Positions 42,111 to 52,648 of a DNA stretch of 64,000 nucleotides are shown one piece after another. The stretch is from Escherichia coli. GTDB taxonomy: Bacteria > Pseudomonadota > Gammaproteobacteria > Enterobacterales > Enterobacteriaceae. How positions within the stretch are numbered: position 1 is the stretch's first letter; each line of letters opens with the position of its first letter. The position numbers and the translations under genes were made by a program. Under the pieces are notes generated by a model, which had not been told where the DNA came from, searched no databases, and was given only the letters and a program-made list of their open reading frames with translations. The DNA lies in NCBI RefSeq assembly GCF_003334305.1, contig NZ_QOWS01000010.1; one strand, given 5' to 3'.

Positions 42111-42962
42111 TCACCCCGCCCGATAAAACGGTTTATCCCCAAGGATCGTCGCCCGATGCATAATCCGCCGCTGTGGCAGGTAATCGGCATTGGCATAGTG
42201 CTGAGTCACGCGGTTATCCCAAATCGCAATATCATTCGGTTGCCAGCGCCAACGCACCTGAAACTCCGGTTTAGTGATATGGGCGAATAAAAAGCCTAAC
42301 AAGGCTTCGCTCTCTTTCTCGCTGACATCGACAATTCGCGTAGTAAAGCCTTCATTCACAAACAGCGCCTGTTTACCGCTCACAGGATGCGTTCGCACCA
42401 CCGGATGTAGCAACGGAGGATTTTTCGCGACCGCCTCGCGCCAGCGTTGATGTTCCTCCTCGGTTTTGCGGTATTTGTATTCCGGGAACGATTTACGGAA
42501 ATCATGCTCCGCACGCAGCCCGCTCAGCAGCTGGCGGAAGGGAACAGAGAGCGCCTCATAGGCCGCAATACCGCTGGTCCAGAGCGTATCACCGCCGGTC
42601 GAAGGTAACTCTTTAGCTGCCAGAATCGCCCCTGCGGGTGGCGTTTCAATAAATGTCACATCGGTATGCCAGTTGTCGTTATCCGGCGGATTATCGTTAT
42701 GGGTATCCAGCACGATGATCTCGTCAACCCCTTCGGCATGAGGGTAAACAGGGTGAATATGCAGTTCGCCAAAACGCTGGGCCAGCGCGCGTTGCTGCTG
42801 CGGCGTAATAGTTTGATCGCGCAGAAACACCACCTGATGGCGCAGCACCGCATGGTAAAGCTGTTCAAACTGATTATCGCTTAACGGGCGCGTCAGGTCG
42901 GCACCCGAAATTTGTGCGCCGATATACGGCCCCAGCGGGGTAATGCTCAGACGTTCACTCAT
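42111..42962 (-). CDS. tauD: taurine dioxygenase (Fe/2-oxoglutarate dependent)
   Basis: 283-aa ORF recognised as TauD. Confidence 0.95.
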   Translation of the reverse strand: MSERLSITPLGPYIGAQISGADLTRPLSDNQFEQLYHAVLRHQVVFLRDQTITPQQQRALAQRFGELHIHPVYPHAEGVDEIIVLDTHNDNPPDNDNWHTDVTFIETPPAGAILAAKELPSTGGDTLWTSGIAAYEALSVPFRQLLSGLRAEHDFRKSFPEYKYRKTEEEHQRWREAVAKNPPLLHPVVRTHPVSGKQALFVNEGFTTRIVDVSEKESEALLGFLFAHITKPEFQVRWRWQPNDIAIWDNRVTQHYANADYLPQRRIMHRATILGDKPFYRAG

Positions 42963-43786
42963 TGTACTTCTCCATGCCAGGGCGTCAGACGGCGCTGTAA
43001 CGCGCGCAAACCCAGTTCTAAAAGAAAGGCGATAATCGCAATCACCGCGATTCCCGCCAGCACCACGTCAGTCGCGAGAAATTCACCCGCTGACTGAACC
43101 ATAAATCCTAAACCGCGCGTCGCGGCAATCAGCTCCGCCGCTACCAGCGTAGACCAGCCCACACCCAGACCAATGCGTAATCCGGTGAGGATTTCCGGCA
43201 GCGCGCCGGGCAAAATGACAAACCACAGCACCTGCGCACGGCTGGCACCCAGCGACTGGGCGGCACGAATGCGAACCTGCTGCGCGCTTTTCACCCCCGC
43301 CAGCGCCGACATCGCCACCGGTGCAAAAATCGCTAAATAGATCAGTAAGATCTTCGAGGTTTCACCAATACCAAACCAGATCACCATCAGCGGCAAATAA
43401 GCCAGCGGCGGCACCGGACGATAAAGTTCGATTACCGGATCCAGAATGCCGCGCACCGTCGGGCTTAGCCCCATGGCGATCCCGACCGGAATACCGATCA
43501 CCACCGCCGCGAGTAGCGCCAGCACAATGCGCGTCAGGCTGGCTGCCAGATGCTGCCACAGCGTGGCGTCCATAAATCCCTGCGGTCCGGCAATGGTGAG
43601 CAGTTTTGCCAGTACTTGTTGCGGCGGCGGCAAAAACAGCGGGCTAATCAGTTGCAGCGCCGCCACCGTCCACCATACAGTGAGTAAAACCGCTAACGTG
43701 CCAATGCTTAAGGTCACCTGACGCGAGAGCGGCCAGCGCCATTTCAGCCGCCGCGAATGCAGTTTTTCATTAATGAGCACACTCAT
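42959..43786 (-). CDS. tauC: taurine ABC transporter permease
   Basis: 275-aa membrane ORF overlapping tauD start by 4 nt; recognised TauC. Confidence 0.93.
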   Translation of the reverse strand: MSVLINEKLHSRRLKWRWPLSRQVTLSIGTLAVLLTVWWTVAALQLISPLFLPPPQQVLAKLLTIAGPQGFMDATLWQHLAASLTRIVLALLAAVVIGIPVGIAMGLSPTVRGILDPVIELYRPVPPLAYLPLMVIWFGIGETSKILLIYLAIFAPVAMSALAGVKSAQQVRIRAAQSLGASRAQVLWFVILPGALPEILTGLRIGLGVGWSTLVAAELIAATRGLGFMVQSAGEFLATDVVLAGIAVIAIIAFLLELGLRALQRRLTPWHGEVQ

Positions 43787-44550
43787 GAGAACGCCTCCCG
43801 TTGCTCAAATACGCGGCTTAAAACATATTCGCGCATGGCGATGAATTGTGGATCGGACTTGATGCTGCGGCTCGACTCTCCCGCAACAAAGCGGCGAGCA
43901 AAGTTGAGCGGCAGCCGCTCCAGCACACGGCCAGGGCCGGATGAAAGCAGAACCAGTTCAGTCGCCATAAACACCGCTTCTTCTATATCGTGGGTAATCA
44001 ACAGCACCTGCTTGCCCGTCTCCTGCCAGAGTTTCAGCAGCAGAGTTTGCATCTGGTCGCGGGTGAAGGCGTCCAGCGCACCAAACGGTTCGTCGAGTAA
44101 TAACAGCTGGGGATTCGCCGCCAGCGCGCGGGCAATCCCCACCCGCTGACGTTGACCACCGGAAAGCTGCCAGATATAGCGTTTTTCTGCGCCTTCCAGC
44201 CCCACTTTTTTCAGCATCTGGTGCGCGATTTCCAGTCGCTGCATTTTCTCTATACCTGCCAATTGCAGGCCGAACGCCACGTTGTCCTGTACATTGCGCC
44301 ACGGTAGTAGCCCTTCATTCTGAAAAACCACCCCGCGCTCTGCTCCCGGTCCCTCAATACGCTTACCCGCCAGTTGAATGCTGCCATGCTGATAAGGCAC
44401 AAAACCGGCAATCAGATTCAGCAACGTGGTTTTACCGCAGCCGGACGGCCCCAGCACCACCAGTAGCTCGCCGCTTTCCAGCGTCAGGTTGATATCTTCC
44501 AGTGCCGGTTTGCCGCCATAATCGGCATAGAGATGAGAGATTTGCAGCAT
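43783..44550 (-). CDS. tauB: taurine ABC transporter ATP-binding protein
   Basis: 255-aa ORF with Walker [10 protein letters not shown] and LSGGQRQR signature; recognised TauB. Confidence 0.93.
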   Translation of the reverse strand: MLQISHLYADYGGKPALEDINLTLESGELLVVLGPSGCGKTTLLNLIAGFVPYQHGSIQLAGKRIEGPGAERGVVFQNEGLLPWRNVQDNVAFGLQLAGIEKMQRLEIAHQMLKKVGLEGAEKRYIWQLSGGQRQRVGIARALAANPQLLLLDEPFGALDAFTRDQMQTLLLKLWQETGKQVLLITHDIEEAVFMATELVLLSSGPGRVLERLPLNFARRFVAGESSRSIKSDPQFIAMREYVLSRVFEQREAFS

Positions 44551-44562
44551 CTGCGCCTCCTT

Positions 44563-45525
44563 TTATTGCACGAAGCGCGAGGTAACGTACTGGCTGTAAT
44601 CATTCGCTACAGCCGGGACCTTGCCCTGCTCTTTCAAAAACTGCGCGGTGTCGATGATTGCTTTGTTCACCGGTCCGGTCAGTTCTGCCGTTTGTTGCTG
44701 CGGCGTCAGATAGGTATTTCCCTTCACCAGCCCCGGAACGTCACCTTCAGGCACGCCGCTTAAACGCGCCAGTTTGCTGATGTTTTCCGGCTGTTTCAGC
44801 CACGCGTCTGGGTTAGCAATGTACGGTTGCTGAGCATCGATGGCGCTTTTAGCGAACGCTTTCACGACCTCAGGATGTTTCTCGGCAAAATCTTTGCGCA
44901 CCACCCAGACGTCCAGCGTTGGCGCACCCCACTGCCCGACCTGTTCAGAATCGGTCAACACCTTGCCGTCTTTTTCCAGGGCGTTAACCGCCGGTGCCCA
45001 GACATAAGCACCATCAATATCTCCCCGCTGCCAGGCAGCGATAATCGCGGGCGGCTGCAGGTTCACAATCTCCACTTGCCCGGGTTTAATCCCCCAGTGT
45101 TTCAGCGCCGCCAGCAGGCTGTAGTGGGTGGTGGAGATAAACGGTACGGCGATGCGTTTGCCAATCAGATCTTCCGGTTTGCTGATAGTTTTCTTTACCA
45201 CCAGCGCTTCGGAGTTACCCAGTTTTGACGCCAGCAAGAAGACTTCAATCGGCACCTGTTGGCTGGCTGCAACCGCTAATGGGCTGGAACCGAGGTTGCC
45301 GATTTGCACGTCGCCAGAAGCCAGCGCCCGCACGATGCTGGCTCCGCTGTCAAACTTACGCCAGTCCACGGTTGCTCCGCTTTCTTTAGCAAAGGTGTTG
45401 TCGGCCTGAGCCACTTTCGCCGGTTCGGCTGAGGTTTGATACGCCACGGTGACGTTCACCGCCTGTGCCTGAAAAGCGATGAATGCCAGTGCGGCAAGAA
45501 GTGTGTTACGCGATGAAATTGCCAT
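44563..45525 (-). CDS. tauA: taurine ABC transporter periplasmic binding protein
   Basis: ORF 44563..45582; start refined to MAISSRNTLLAALAFIAFQAQA... (320 aa, signal peptide); recognised TauA. Confidence 0.93.
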   Translation of the reverse strand: MAISSRNTLLAALAFIAFQAQAVNVTVAYQTSAEPAKVAQADNTFAKESGATVDWRKFDSGASIVRALASGDVQIGNLGSSPLAVAASQQVPIEVFLLASKLGNSEALVVKKTISKPEDLIGKRIAVPFISTTHYSLLAALKHWGIKPGQVEIVNLQPPAIIAAWQRGDIDGAYVWAPAVNALEKDGKVLTDSEQVGQWGAPTLDVWVVRKDFAEKHPEVVKAFAKSAIDAQQPYIANPDAWLKQPENISKLARLSGVPEGDVPGLVKGNTYLTPQQQTAELTGPVNKAIIDTAQFLKEQGKVPAVANDYSQYVTSRFVQ

Positions 45526-46140
45526 GATTGTCTGCTCCCCTGTCTTGTTATGTGAGCAGTATTCAGGAATAAAAACATTCATTAAAAGAATTAGTCGTTA
45601 TCGCACAGATGATTTTATTCTTAGCAAAAAAACGGCAAAGGAAAGATTAAATATGCAATTACTCCGTTCTAACAATTGGGAAAATTACTACACTTCATTT
45701 TAGTGATGCATAAACAACCACATTACGAGATTTATTACTTCATTATTTCTATCAATATCAATACATATAATAAAACTATTATATTCGCATTGTATATATC
45801 ACTGTATCATTCTCAATCACTCGCATATTACATTCACATAATGTATATAAACAATACTTGTTCACAGAACATATTTTTTAAATGCAATTAATTGACAAAC
45901 TAAATCACATCTAAATACAATGTATAACACAAAATAACTATACATACCAAACATACAAACACTTAACATATGAATTGCATAAAAACATTACCCAGTCGAA
46001 CCTCCGGGTCTGAAAGCCCTTGCTTTTCAGTTATTAGCAACATTTAACATTTATAAATTAACATCTGGCTGCGCCAGAGATTACGTCTCTGAGTGCATCG
46101 TTGTGCTTGTAGTATAATAAATAAAATGGAGTGTCATTAA

Positions 46141-46812
46141 GTGGATAAGGTTTTAGATTCAGCCCTCCTTTCTTCGGCAAATAAAAGAAAGGGTATCCTT
46201 GCTATTGGCGCACATCCTGACGATATAGAATTAGGCTGTGGCGCATCGCTTGCTCGTCTTGCGCAAAAAGGAATTTATATCGCAGCCGTGGTGATGACTA
46301 CCGGCAACTCTGGTACAGATGGAATAATCGATCGCCATGAAGAATCGCGCAACGCCCTAAAGATATTAGGGTGCCACCAAACTATTCATCTTAATTTTGC
46401 TGACACCCGCGCTCATTTACAGCTCAATGATATGATTTCCGCTCTGGAAGACATCATTAAAAATCAAATTCCTTCTGATGTTGAAATCATGCGGGTATAT
46501 ACCATGCATGATGCCGACCGCCATCAGGATCATCTCGCTGTTTATCAAGCTTCAATGGTTGCCTGCCGCACTATTCCACAAATTCTCGGCTACGAAACCC
46601 CAAGTACCTGGCTTTCATTTATGCCTCAGGTTTTTGAATCCGTTAAAGAAGAATATTTCACAGTCAAACTTGCTGCATTAAAAAAACATAAAAGCCAGGA
46701 ACGACGCGATTATATGCGTCATGATCGCCTGCGTGCAGTTGCACAATTTCGCGGGCAACAGGTCAATAGCGATCTGGGTGAAGGCTTTGTAATTCATAAA
46801 ATGATTCTTTGA
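46141..46812 (+). CDS. yaiS: LmbE/PIG-L family deacetylase YaiS
   Basis: 223-aa ORF from GTG 46141 (TATAAT at 46113-46118, ggag RBS); N-terminal AHPDDIELG motif typical of PIG-L N-deacetylases; start must precede this motif. Confidence 0.8.
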   Translation: MDKVLDSALLSSANKRKGILAIGAHPDDIELGCGASLARLAQKGIYIAAVVMTTGNSGTDGIIDRHEESRNALKILGCHQTIHLNFADTRAHLQLNDMISALEDIIKNQIPSDVEIMRVYTMHDADRHQDHLAVYQASMVACRTIPQILGYETPSTWLSFMPQVFESVKEEYFTVKLAALKKHKSQERRDYMRHDRLRAVAQFRGQQVNSDLGEGFVIHKMIL

Positions 46813-46821
46813 GCAAATTGC

Positions 46822-48018
46822 ATGAAAACCTGGATATTTATCTGTATGTCCATAGCAATGTTGCTATGGTTTTTAAGTACGCTAAGACGTAAACCCAGTC
46901 AAAAGAAAGGCTGTATTGACGCCATTATACCTGCGTATAACGAAGGCCCGTGTCTGGCGCAGTCACTGGATAATCTACTGCGTAACCCTTATTTTTGCCG
47001 GGTAATTTGCGTTAACGACGGCTCCACGGACAATACCGAAGCGGTCATGGCGGAAGTCAAACGCAAATGGGGCGACCGCTTTGTTGCCGTCACGCAAAAA
47101 AATACCGGTAAAGGTGGTGCGCTGATGAATGGCCTCAATTATGCCACCTGCGACCAGGTTTTTTTAAGTGATGCCGACACCTATGTTCCGCCCGATCAAG
47201 ACGGAATGGGCTATATGCTGGCAGAAATTGAGCGCGGTGCTGATGCCGTAGGCGGCATTCCCTCTACTGCGTTGAAAGGCGCGGGGCTGTTACCGCACAT
47301 CCGCGCGACCGTAAAGTTGCCGATGATTGTTATGAAGCGCACGCTACAGCAGCTCCTGGGCGGCGCACCGTTTATTATCAGCGGTGCCTGCGGAATGTTC
47401 CGCACTGATGTATTGCGTAAGTTCGGTTTCTCAGATCGTACTAAAGTCGAAGACCTTGATCTCACCTGGACATTAGTGGCAAACGGCTACCGTATTCGGC
47501 AGGCGAATCGCTGCATCGTATACCCACAGGAATGCAACAGCCCGCGTGAGGAGTGGCGTCGCTGGCGGCGTTGGATTGTGGGATACGCGGTCTGTATGCG
47601 CCTGCATAAAAGACTTTTATTTAGCCGCTTCGGTATCTTCAGTATATTTCCTATGCTGTTGGTTGTGATTTATGGCGTTGGGATTTATCTCACTACCTGG
47701 TTTAATGAATTCATCACCACCGGGCCGCATGGTGTGGTGTTGGCAATGTTTCCGCTTATCTGGATCGGCGTAGTTTGTGTTATTGGTGCTTTTAGCGCCT
47801 GGTTTCATCGTTGCTGGTTGTTGGTGCCTTTAGCGCCGCTTTCCGTTGTGTATGTATTATTAGCTTATGCCATCTGGATTATTTATGGACTTATTGCCTT
47901 TTTTACTGGACGCGAACCTCAGCGCGACAAACCCACCCGCTATTCCGCACTGGTGGAAGCGTCAACCGCTTATTCCCAACCTTCTGTCACAGGAACTGAA
48001 AAACTATCTGAAGCTTAA
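46822..48018 (+). CDS. yaiP: membrane-bound family-2 glycosyltransferase YaiP
   Basis: 398-aa ORF; N-terminal TM helix, GT-A motifs VNDGSTDNT and SDAD, about four C-terminal TM helices; starts 9 nt after yaiS stop. Confidence 0.85.
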   Translation: MKTWIFICMSIAMLLWFLSTLRRKPSQKKGCIDAIIPAYNEGPCLAQSLDNLLRNPYFCRVICVNDGSTDNTEAVMAEVKRKWGDRFVAVTQKNTGKGGALMNGLNYATCDQVFLSDADTYVPPDQDGMGYMLAEIERGADAVGGIPSTALKGAGLLPHIRATVKLPMIVMKRTLQQLLGGAPFIISGACGMFRTDVLRKFGFSDRTKVEDLDLTWTLVANGYRIRQANRCIVYPQECNSPREEWRRWRRWIVGYAVCMRLHKRLLFSRFGIFSIFPMLLVVIYGVGIYLTTWFNEFITTGPHGVVLAMFPLIWIGVVCVIGAFSAWFHRCWLLVPLAPLSVVYVLLAYAIWIIYGLIAFFTGREPQRDKPTRYSALVEASTAYSQPSVTGTEKLSEA

Positions 48019-48577
48019 TGTTAAAGAGAAAAATATTCAGATTGCAGACCAGGTAATTATTGATGAAACTGCAGGTGAAGTTGTTATCGGCGCGAATACC
48101 CGTATTTGTCATGGTGCCGTTATTCAGGGTCCGGTAGTAATTGGCGCAAACTGCCTGATAGGTAATTATGCGTTTATTCGTCCTGGCACAATAATCAGCA
48201 ATGGTGTAAAAATTGGTTTTGCCACCGAAATTAAAAATGCGGTTATTGAAGCGGAAGCAACGATTGGTCCGCAATGTTTTATTGCCGACTCGGTAGTTGC
48301 AAACCAGGCATATTTGGGCGCACAAGTACGTACCAGTAATCATCGTCTGGATGAACAGCCTGTGTCTGTTCGAACTCCAGAGGGAATTATCGCTACCGGA
48401 TGCGATAAATTAGGTTGTTATATCGGGCAGCGTTCACGCCTTGGCGTACAAGTTATAATTTTGCCTGGGCGAATTATTTCCCCGAACACGCAACTTGGCC
48501 CGCGCGTGATTGTAGAACGTAATTTACCTGCCGGAACTTATTCACTCCGACAAGAACTTATCCGTACAGGAGATTAA
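47867..48577 (+). CDS. yaiX: hexapeptide-repeat (LbH) acyl/acetyltransferase YaiX, uninterrupted; start uncertain
   Basis: 236-aa ORF with left-handed beta-helix hexapeptide repeats; overlaps yaiP 3' end by ~150 nt in +1 frame; no ATG/GTG/TTG between yaiP stop and repeat domain; I recall IS2 disruption in K-12. Confidence 0.6.
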   Translation: MPSGLFMDLLPFLLDANLSATNPPAIPHWWKRQPLIPNLLSQELKNYLKLNVKEKNIQIADQVIIDETAGEVVIGANTRICHGAVIQGPVVIGANCLIGNYAFIRPGTIISNGVKIGFATEIKNAVIEAEATIGPQCFIADSVVANQAYLGAQVRTSNHRLDEQPVSVRTPEGIIATGCDKLGCYIGQRSRLGVQVIILPGRIISPNTQLGPRVIVERNLPAGTYSLRQELIRTGD

Positions 48578-48578
48578 A

Positions 48579-49352
48579 ATGATAAAACGGACGTTATTAG
48601 CGGCGGCCATTTTTAGCGCATTGCCCGCTTATGCCGGGTTAACTTCCATTACCGCGGGCTACGATTTTACCGATTATTCTGGCGATCATGGCAACCGTAA
48701 TTTAGCGTATGCTGAACTGGTGGCGAAAGTTGAAAACGCAACGCTGCTTTTTAATCTTTCCCAGGGGCGTCGTGATTATGAAACTGAACATTTCAATGCC
48801 ACTCGCGGTCAGGGTGCGGTCTGGTATAAATGGAATAACTGGCTGACAACCCGAACGGGTATTGCCTTTGCGGATAATACGCCGGTCTTTGCCCGCCAGG
48901 ATTTTCGTCAGGATATTAACCTGGCCCTGTTGCCAAAAACGCTTTTCACGACCGGTTATCGCTACACTAAATATTACGATGATGTCGAAGTCGATGCCTG
49001 GCAAGGCGGCGTATCACTCTATACTGGCCCGGTGATCACCAGCTACCGCTATACCCATTATGACTCCAGCGATGCAGGTGGTAGTTATAGCAATATGATT
49101 TCCGTGCGTCTGAATGACCCGCGCGGCACTGGTTATACGCAACTATGGCTAAGCCGCGGAACAGGCGCTTACACCTATGACTGGACGCCAGAAACACGCT
49201 ACGGCAGCATGAAGAGCGTCAGTCTGCAACGTATTCAACCGCTGACTGAGCAACTTAATCTCGGGCTGACGGCAGGTAAAGTGTGGTACGACACCCCAAC
49301 CGATGATTATAACGGTCTGCAACTTGCAGCCCATCTGACCTGGAAATTCTGA
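48579..49352 (+). CDS. yaiO: outer membrane protein YaiO
   Basis: 257-aa ORF with signal peptide MIKRTLLAAAIFSALPAYA and C-terminal ...HLTWKF; ATG 1 nt after yaiX stop; recognised YaiO. Confidence 0.85.
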   Translation: MIKRTLLAAAIFSALPAYAGLTSITAGYDFTDYSGDHGNRNLAYAELVAKVENATLLFNLSQGRRDYETEHFNATRGQGAVWYKWNNWLTTRTGIAFADNTPVFARQDFRQDINLALLPKTLFTTGYRYTKYYDDVEVDAWQGGVSLYTGPVITSYRYTHYDSSDAGGSYSNMISVRLNDPRGTGYTQLWLSRGTGAYTYDWTPETRYGSMKSVSLQRIQPLTEQLNLGLTAGKVWYDTPTDDYNGLQLAAHLTWKF

Positions 49353-49460
49353 TTCCTTCTGCCGCCCGCTATCCGGGGCGGCCTTCCCTGCCGATTAGCC
49401 CCCCCCTTTCCTCTTTGTTTTCCGACCACATTCACCGGATAAATTTTATTCTCCAGTGTT

Positions 49461-49513
49461 ATATACTATAGGGGGGTATGCATTGACATATAGCATACCC
49501 CCCTATAGTATAT
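49461..49513 (+). promoter_or_regulatory. frmRAB promoter/operator: perfect inverted repeat embedding -35 TTGACA
   Basis: 21-nt arms atatactataggggggtatgc / gcatacccccctatagtatat around attgacatata; -35 TTGACA 49483-49488, -10-like tagtat 49506-49511. Confidence 0.7.
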
Positions 49514-49537
49514 TGTGTGCAGATAATGAGGTGCGAA

Positions 49538-49813
49538 ATGCCCAGTACTCCGGAAGAGAAGAAAAAGGTCCTTACTCGAGTTCGTCGTATTCGAGGGCAG
49601 ATTGATGCTCTGGAACGGTCGCTGGAGGGTGATGCCGAATGCCGTGCCATACTCCAACAGATCGCTGCCGTTCGGGGCGCGGCTAATGGGCTGATGGCAG
49701 AAGTGCTTGAAAGCCATATCCGGGAAACGTTTGACCGAAATGACTGCTACAGCCGCGAAGTCAGCCAATCCGTTGACGACACTATTGAACTGGTTCGAGC
49801 CTATCTTAAATAG
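49538..49813 (+). CDS. frmR: formaldehyde-responsive repressor FrmR (CsoR/RcnR family)
   Basis: ORF 49517..49813; ATG 49538 gives [31 protein letters not shown]... 91 aa; recognised FrmR. Confidence 0.9.
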
Positions 49814-49817
49814 CTGA

Positions 49818-50957
<1,140 letters not shown>

Positions 50958-51049
50958 TTTCCCGCAGGTATACCCCGTCCACTTCAGACGGGGTTCTTAA
51001 TACTCTCCCTGGGCAGCCGTCCGGGGGATTAACCGTGAGATAATGACTG

Positions 51050-51883
51050 ATGGAACTCATTGAAAAACATGCCAGCTTTGGCGGCTGGCAAAATGTGTAT
51101 CGGCATTATTCCCAATCACTGAAATGTGAAATGAATGTCGGCGTCTATCTCCCACCAAAAGCCGCGAATGAAAAATTGCCGGTGCTGTACTGGCTTTCGG
51201 GCCTGACCTGCAACGAGCAGAATTTCATTACTAAATCGGGGATGCAGCGTTACGCGGCTGAACACAACATTATTGTTGTTGCGCCGGACACCAGTCCGCG
51301 AGGCAGTCATGTCGCAGATGCCGACCGTTACGATCTCGGGCAAGGTGCCGGGTTTTACCTGAACGCAACGCAAGCGCCGTGGAATGAACATTACAAAATG
51401 TATGACTATATCCGCAACGAGCTGCCGGATTTAGTGATGCAACATTTTCCGGCAACGACCAGAAAGTCTATCTCTGGTCATTCTATGGGCGGGCTGGGCG
51501 CGCTGGTGCTGGCGTTACGTAACCCAGATGAATATGTCAGCGTCTCGGCGTTTTCGCCCATTGTCTCCCCATCGCAAGTACCGTGGGGACAGCAAGCCTT
51601 TGCCGCATATCTTGGTGAAAATAAAGATGCCTGGTTGAATTACGATCCGGTGAGTCTTATTTCACAAGGTCAACGCGTTGCGGAAATCATGGTTGATCAG
51701 GGGTTGAGTGATGATTTTTACGCGGAACAGCTGCGGACTCCAAATCTTGAAAAGATCTGCCAGGAGATGAATATCAAGACGTTAATCCGTTATCACGAGG
51801 GTTACGACCACAGCTATTATTTTGTCTCCAGTTTTATTGGCGAGCATATTGCCTACCACGCCAATAAACTGAATATGCGTTGA
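51050..51883 (+). CDS. frmB: S-formylglutathione hydrolase
   Basis: 277-aa esterase ORF with GHSMGG nucleophile motif; recognised FrmB. Confidence 0.93.
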   Translation: MELIEKHASFGGWQNVYRHYSQSLKCEMNVGVYLPPKAANEKLPVLYWLSGLTCNEQNFITKSGMQRYAAEHNIIVVAPDTSPRGSHVADADRYDLGQGAGFYLNATQAPWNEHYKMYDYIRNELPDLVMQHFPATTRKSISGHSMGGLGALVLALRNPDEYVSVSAFSPIVSPSQVPWGQQAFAAYLGENKDAWLNYDPVSLISQGQRVAEIMVDQGLSDDFYAEQLRTPNLEKICQEMNIKTLIRYHEGYDHSYYFVSSFIGEHIAYHANKLNMR

Positions 51884-51892
51884 TAATAGTGC

Positions 51893-51995
51893 ACGACTGC
51901 CGGATGCGGCGTGAACGCCTTATCCGCCTACATTTCGCCCGCAGGCCGTAGGCATGATAAGACGCGCATAGCGTCGCATCAGGCATCTGCGCACG
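51893..51995. repeat. REP/BIME cluster between frmB and yaiL
   Basis: gccggatgcggcgtgaacgccttatccgcctac... and ...gataagacgcgcatagcgtcgcatcaggc. Confidence 0.75.
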
Positions 51996-52007
51996 ACTTA
52001 TCTATGT

Positions 52008-52547
52008 TTACCACATCAAATCATCAGGCACTTTGAAGTCGGCATATGGGTCGTCTTCATCCTGCTCTTCGGCGCTGAGCGCGCTGTGCAACACTATACT
52101 GCTGGCATCACGCTGAGCTATTTTATCGGCAACGCTGGCGGGAATAATGGCGTATTCACCTTCGCTATTGTTATCGACCAACAAGCGAGCAATCGCCAGA
52201 CGACCATTAATCAACTGCGCCTGTGTGAGCTTATCGACAAAAATCTTCTTAATCAGATTGCCGTCAGTGAAGTTAAAACCAATATCGCCATTGGCAATGG
52301 TGATTCGGTTCATTTCAATGAGCTGCTTCACCTGAGCTTTATATTCTTTCGCCAACGCAGCTTGTTTTTGTTGCTCGCTAAGCTGTTTATCACGCTCAAG
52401 CTGTGCCTTTTTATTTTCTTCTACCGCCGCCCGAGCTTCACGCGCCTGAACGCGCGATTTTTTCGCCGTTCTCTCGACCTTCGCCGCTTTTTTGCTGGTG
52501 ACTAATCCTGCTTTGAGCAACTGCTCTTGTAAGGTAAGTTTTGCCAT
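52008..52547 (-). CDS. yaiL: DUF2058 family protein YaiL
   Basis: ORF 52008..52664; start refined to MAKLTLQEQLLKAGLV... (179 aa); recognised YaiL. Confidence 0.8.
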   Translation of the reverse strand: MAKLTLQEQLLKAGLVTSKKAAKVERTAKKSRVQAREARAAVEENKKAQLERDKQLSEQQKQAALAKEYKAQVKQLIEMNRITIANGDIGFNFTDGNLIKKIFVDKLTQAQLINGRLAIARLLVDNNSEGEYAIIPASVADKIAQRDASSIVLHSALSAEEQDEDDPYADFKVPDDLMW

Positions 52548-52648
52548 CTTTGTTTCCAAACCCGCTGAATAATTTTTAGCGAGTATACCTGTAAACGCCG
52601 TGGGTGTATTGGGGGCAAGTCCCTTTCGCCCCTGCTTAATAAGGCGCG

